Source of the DNA: a virus
Lineage: Duplodnaviria; Caudoviricetes
Direction: 5' to 3' (one strand)
Length of the DNA stretch: 64,000 bases
IMG/VR virus record: IMGVR_UViG_3300021979_000003
Location: 96,001 to 160,000 of that record
Both the position numbers and the translations under genes were made by a program. The notes below the pieces were generated by a model. It was not told the DNA's origin. It was given only the letters and a program-made list of their open reading frames with translations, and searched no databases. Shown one piece after another: positions 59,829 to 64,000 of the stretch; position 1 is the stretch's first letter, and every line of letters begins with the position of its first letter.

Positions 59829-60860
59829 TTAATCCTCCATTGGACAACGTTTGTTTAGGTATCTTGTTACTGATGACTTAGAAGAATGTATCGCATAACG
59901 GTTTGGTGCGTACTCTGGTACACTCCCTACAGTTCCATGACCGCACATACCACCTAATAGATAAATGCCAGTAGAAACGCTGTCAGAGCCACTTAAGGAC
60001 TTAATATTCTTCTTCTTCATTGAATCGTAACCTTTATAAACTGTGTTCTCTCTGAACCAGTTTTCTTTTCTGTATTTGCAGCACATACCTTTATCTTTTA
60101 ACTTCTTATTTAGTTCGCGCAGTGACTTATTAGCACTCGCTTTAAGTTTTTGTCTGGCTTGTGCCTGAGACTTAGCATTAGTAACGAGAACGTTTTTAAA
60201 GTTTTTGTGTGGTACTTTTTCAGACTTGTTGTTATCGTAGAGTGATAGTTCGACAACCATGTAATATTGGTCAGGGTCCATCTTGCGACCTTCGTTAAGC
60301 TCTTCCGCACCATAGTTCGCTTCGATCATTTCAAGAACACACTCAGAGACAGATTTTGAATCTTTTGTGTTTCTATCATAAAAGTTATCTATTTGATCCT
60401 TGACTACTTCGTCCATGTCTAGGATTTCACGAATAAATCCCGCACCTTTGTATTGCTCATTGCGATCAAGGGTACGCTGTAGTGCAGATTTAAAGTACTG
60501 GTGGTTTGCCTTAAGCTTTTCATTAGGTTCTATTACTTTCTTTTCGAATTCCTTCAACTCTTTTAGAGTTTCAGTTTCGTTAGAGTGTAGTAGTTTACTA
60601 ATACCCATCATAGACGGTCTGTCTGGGTCAGTTTTCTTAGATGCTTTGTCGTAGGCGAGAATGGTTCTTATTGTTGGTATAATATCGAAATATTTCCCAA
60701 TGAACTCTTTGATTTCCTTTTCCACCACAAGCTTTGGGCGTTTATTTTCTATACGTTCATGAATGTATTGGGCCTCATTCACCATTTTTCCGTATAGATT
60801 TTCAATGCTTTCATCCAGAATATATTTTTCTTTTTGTTTGTTTATTTGATGTAAGCGCAT
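59829..60860 (-). CDS. Basic protein, probable protease-processed internal head protein
   Basis: Start MRLHQI at 60860 with SD; multiple (L/I/V)xE|(S/A/G) sites; late promoter at 60905..60912. Confidence 0.55.
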   Translation of the reverse strand: MRLHQINKQKEKYILDESIENLYGKMVNEAQYIHERIENKRPKLVVEKEIKEFIGKYFDIIPTIRTILAYDKASKKTDPDRPSMMGISKLLHSNETETLKELKEFEKKVIEPNEKLKANHQYFKSALQRTLDRNEQYKGAGFIREILDMDEVVKDQIDNFYDRNTKDSKSVSECVLEMIEANYGAEELNEGRKMDPDQYYMVVELSLYDNNKSEKVPHKNFKNVLVTNAKSQAQARQKLKASANKSLRELNKKLKDKGMCCKYRKENWFRENTVYKGYDSMKKKNIKSLSGSDSVSTGIYLLGGMCGHGTVGSVPEYAPNRYAIHSSKSSVTRYLNKRCPMED

Positions 60861-60896
60861 ACAGTTATCCTTTATGTTTAATTTTAGAATTATAGT

Positions 60897-60912
60897 TATA
60901 AATATATTTATA
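60897..60912. promoter_or_regulatory. Palindromic pair of late promoters
   Basis: TATAAATATATTTATA = TATAAATA on both strands between divergent genes. Confidence 0.75.
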
Positions 60913-60981
60913 TTACATAGATAAACGAATGGATAAAAGTAAGCAATGTGGTCACCATTCTCTATAAAAATCGGACACAAT

Positions 60982-61305
60982 ATGAAAGAACACTTAACAT
61001 TAGATCAAATAAAAAAAATTCTAGAAAAAATAGATGGCGAGTGTGTACCTTTAGTTTTCATAGATCACATTGATATTTTCTATAACAATGGTTCTGTAAA
61101 AACCGTTGATGGTGCACGTATTAAAAGATTATTCCCAGAAATAAGAAATACTACGATGGGTATACTTAAGCATAACAATGATATCTCTGAAATCAATGTT
61201 AAAGTTGATATGGCTAAGATACATGGTTATCTTAATGCTTTATGTAATCAGCTTGATATTCTTAAGAATAAAGAAGTGAAGAGAATTCTTGAAGGGAATG
61301 AATAA
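60982..61305 (+). CDS. Hypothetical protein
   Basis: ORF from ATG 60982, followed by terminator. Confidence 0.6.
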   Translation: MKEHLTLDQIKKILEKIDGECVPLVFIDHIDIFYNNGSVKTVDGARIKRLFPEIRNTTMGILKHNNDISEINVKVDMAKIHGYLNALCNQLDILKNKEVKRILEGNE

Positions 61306-61329
61306 AGGGAGCGTGTTGCTCCCCTTTAT
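61302..61329. terminator. Bidirectional terminator
   Basis: ataaagggagc-gtgtt-gctcccctttat (one bulge) between convergent genes. Confidence 0.7.
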
Positions 61330-62309
61330 TACGACTTGCTTGTATCTTCTTTTTTACGCTCTTTCTCTGCTTTCTTTTGCTTACGCTTTCCAGCAGACTC
61401 TAAAGCTTTAACTGCTTCAGCCTCAGTCAAATCATAGCGATTGATTAGGCGTGTAATAACAGTGTCCTTAGAACGGCTCTTAATAGCTTTTTCTAGTGCA
61501 TCGAAGCGCTCATCAAGATAGTTATTATCTGCCGCAGGCTGTGTAGCACCGGGAAGTTCTGAAACCTCTGTACCTTTCCCTTCACTGTCAGGTGTAGGCC
61601 CGAAGTCTACTGTTTCAGTACCAGACTCATTCACATCAGGCGTATAATCACCACCCTCTAGAATAGTAACACCGGGAACCTTACTTAGATCAACGGCATC
61701 CGCAGGTTGTTGATAGCCCTGTTCTGGCGCAGGCTGATCTACTGCTTCTGGGATTGGTTCAGGAGAAACCGACTCGTTAACCTGCTTTGGTTCTTGTGGG
61801 TATTGATTGCCACTACGCTCAATAGTTGCAGGCTGAATATTATCTTCGTTCATACTGGAATCAGTATATGTAGAAGAAATTTGGTTTTGCTCAGCAAGCT
61901 TCTTTTCATTCGCAGAACGAATCTCACGGTTGATATCAGTCATAGGAATCTTTTGCTGATGCCCACCTTGGCCTACAACAACGCTTACATCAGAAGCAGG
62001 AACACGACTGATTTGCTTCATACGGTGTAGCCATTGTAGAACATTCTCACCATTACGGAACACGGTTTTTGTAGCATATGACATAAACGTGGTATGTCCT
62101 TGAAGTTCACGGTTTTGAATCATTTCTTCAAGCTGCGACTTGAAATCAAATTCCATAGTCTGAAGATCAACGACTAGCGAATGATCATAGTCAATATCCC
62201 TTAGATTTTCTGAAGTTTGCACGTATGGAGATAGGATTAGAACCCTACGTGCTTGTCGTGATTTGTCACTAAAAGTAATGACTGCCTCACCAATAAAACG
62301 ATCTAACAT
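61329..62309 (-). CDS. Hypothetical protein with Pro/Glu/Gln-rich linker
   Basis: 326 aa, globular N-terminus, low-complexity acidic middle, basic tail; SD gagg. Confidence 0.65.
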   Translation of the reverse strand: MLDRFIGEAVITFSDKSRQARRVLILSPYVQTSENLRDIDYDHSLVVDLQTMEFDFKSQLEEMIQNRELQGHTTFMSYATKTVFRNGENVLQWLHRMKQISRVPASDVSVVVGQGGHQQKIPMTDINREIRSANEKKLAEQNQISSTYTDSSMNEDNIQPATIERSGNQYPQEPKQVNESVSPEPIPEAVDQPAPEQGYQQPADAVDLSKVPGVTILEGGDYTPDVNESGTETVDFGPTPDSEGKGTEVSELPGATQPAADNNYLDERFDALEKAIKSRSKDTVITRLINRYDLTEAEAVKALESAGKRKQKKAEKERKKEDTSKS

Positions 62310-62354
62310 ATTTGTAACCTCTTGTTTTTATTCTTTAATACTACGTAATAACAA

Positions 62355-62377
62355 GATAGTGGCACGAGGCCACTATC
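62355..62377 (-). terminator. Terminator
   Basis: gatagtggc-N5-gccactatc immediately after the stop of 62379..62636. Confidence 0.7.
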
Positions 62378-62378
62378 A

Positions 62379-62636
62379 TTAACCTTCAGATGAACCAGCG
62401 TCTTCAGTAGACTCACCTTCAGCTTCGGCTTCAGGCTTTTTGTTTGCTTCTGGCGCATTGTGAGAAACGAAAGCACTCACACGATCATATACGCGACCAA
62501 CTGAACTCATTTCTTCAGCGCGGAAAGCACCACGTGAGCTAGCAGTAGCAATGATACGTTGAACCATAACAATATCCTCAATAGTGATCTTTGGTTCTTC
62601 AACTTGTTGGTTTTCAGTGTTTTGCTCTTCAGCCAT
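62379..62636 (-). CDS. Small conserved viral protein (ASSRGAFRAEE motif)
   Basis: 85 aa, SD aggaga, high-expression codons, motif RIIATASSRGAFRAEEMSSVGRVYD. Confidence 0.75.
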   Translation of the reverse strand: MAEEQNTENQQVEEPKITIEDIVMVQRIIATASSRGAFRAEEMSSVGRVYDRVSAFVSHNAPEANKKPEAEAEGESTEDAGSSEG

Positions 62637-62694
62637 TTTTTTTTCTCCTAGTTTTTATTATTTTGAATAACAGCTTTAATAATCTCATTGATTT

Positions 62695-63999
62695 CTATTT
62701 TGTCAAGTAGGAATTTAAAATATTTCTTACTCCTGCTTGATCTACAAGGTGATTGATCAATTGATCAACAACCTCTTCAGACTCAATTCTCACTGATGAC
62801 ATATTTATAGAACGGATCATAGCTCTAGCAAGAGGTCTGTCCAGAAGCTTTTTAAACATTTCATCAGCAATGTCTATGTTTTCTATATTAGACGAAATAT
62901 CAGATACGTCAATCATTACTTTTTCAAAATGATCACTAGCGGTGCTAGAAATATTGCTTTCAATCTCAAGGAACCCATGTGTTCTAAGATGATGCAACAA
63001 AGTAGTACAACAATTGTACGTTTGGTTATTCACTGCAATGGCATCACGGCCATTTTTGTCTGTTTCATCTATATTGCTGTTTAACTTATCTTTGAGAAGG
63101 TCGATGTTTTCTCTGATAGAAGTAACAGTTACAGGTTCCTGAACCTTCAAACTAGTGGTTTTGATCCTGTCAATAATATAGTCATTGAAAGAATATATAT
63201 TGTCATTATTGATATAATCAACAATTTTGTCGTATTTATTTTCGTCACATACCATAATAATAGTATCTTTAGGCAAAAGCTTAGTAATATCTGCGTCAGA
63301 TATATTTTTAGTGTGCAGAGTCTGTCCAATAGAATCAGTAACGGTTATAACGCCACTGAATTCTTTCCATGTATCGTTATCAAAGAATTTTACTTTAAAA
63401 TCAATACTCACGTTTTTACCATCCAATGTAGTAGCATTGATTGATGCTGACTTATCATTCAATTTTAGAACATAAACAGAGTCAACACTTTCAGTACACT
63501 CCAATAGTACATCAGACATTACAGTCCTTTTTGTAGCAGGCTGTATTTCATAGTCATAGCTACCTTGGGTCATCTTATTGAAACGATAAATCCCGCCAAT
63601 TCGTTTATGCACTTTATTTCTTTTCTGATCTTTACGATCTTCTTTAATCAATTCGATAGTTTCCGAATATTTTTCTTGAAGCTCACTAACTTTGACGACG
63701 GTTCTAACACCTTCGTCAATGAGGGTCTTATAGACGTGTTCATTACCTTCATATTCGATAAGGTATGCTTTATCGAATGTAAGCTCATCATCATAATGAA
63801 TCAAGCCACAAGGAAGCTTAAAGGATTTCTTCATATCTTTAAAAATAAAAACACAGTTAGATGAACCAAGATATCCCTTGAGTGCACGTTTAAAGTTAGA
63901 CAAAGAATCGTAAAAATACCTTACCTTGTCTGCTTCTTCTGATTTTTCAGCGTTACTAACCTGACGGTTAATAGCACCTACGTCATAAAGATGTTTGAG
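62695..63999 (-). CDS. Hypothetical protein, C-terminal part (5' end beyond window)
   Basis: Reading frame of the 402-aa call stays open upstream of 63903 to the window edge (..LKHLYDVGAINRQVSNAEK..). Confidence 0.7.
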   Translation of the reverse strand, partial: LKHLYDVGAINRQVSNAEKSEEADKVRYFYDSLSNFKRALKGYLGSSNCVFIFKDMKKSFKLPCGLIHYDDELTFDKAYLIEYEGNEHVYKTLIDEGVRTVVKVSELQEKYSETIELIKEDRKDQKRNKVHKRIGGIYRFNKMTQGSYDYEIQPATKRTVMSDVLLECTESVDSVYVLKLNDKSASINATTLDGKNVSIDFKVKFFDNDTWKEFSGVITVTDSIGQTLHTKNISDADITKLLPKDTIIMVCDENKYDKIVDYINNDNIYSFNDYIIDRIKTTSLKVQEPVTVTSIRENIDLLKDKLNSNIDETDKNGRDAIAVNNQTYNCCTTLLHHLRTHGFLEIESNISSTASDHFEKVMIDVSDISSNIENIDIADEMFKKLLDRPLARAMIRSINMSSVRIESEEVVDQLINHLVDQAGVRNILNSYLTK

Positions 64000-64000
64000 C

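Noticed and set aside
62678-62706. TTGACA on the minus strand upstream of the 85-aa gene as a sigma70 promoter
   Set aside because: No convincing -10 element at 16-18 bp spacing
1-64000. Alternative genetic code (stop recoding) or eukaryotic giant-virus origin suggested by Suv3, FCP1-like and lipase genes
   Set aside because: Core genes are intact in the standard code; SD sites, sigma70/T4-late promoters, spanins and the gp20-23 head module show a bacteriophage

Overview
The whole window is part of a large, AT-rich T4-like (gp23-type capsid) jumbo myophage genome. Its gene order and giant structural genes resemble the RaK2/GAP32-like group, and codon usage hints at a marine gammaproteobacterial host, possibly Vibrionaceae (inference). 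Left to right it carries: tandem small virion paralogs and repeat-rich fibres; ClpA; a two-component spanin; PhoH with a class 3 LAGLIDADG intein; an atypical ThyA; an early-promoter island (HD-Pnk-type RNA end-healing enzyme, Suv3-type helicase); an intergenic cluster of inverted repeats next to an SF2-helicase-like gene (candidate origin); a gp26/gp51-like pair joined by an apparent -1 ribosomal frameshift; a tape-measure candidate; an intein-containing portal; the head module (gp21/22/23); long fibres and an 11.4-kb baseplate-type gene; and a late operon with a class 3 lipase. No tRNA, rRNA or CRISPR array was seen. All family calls come from motif recognition by eye, not from database searches.
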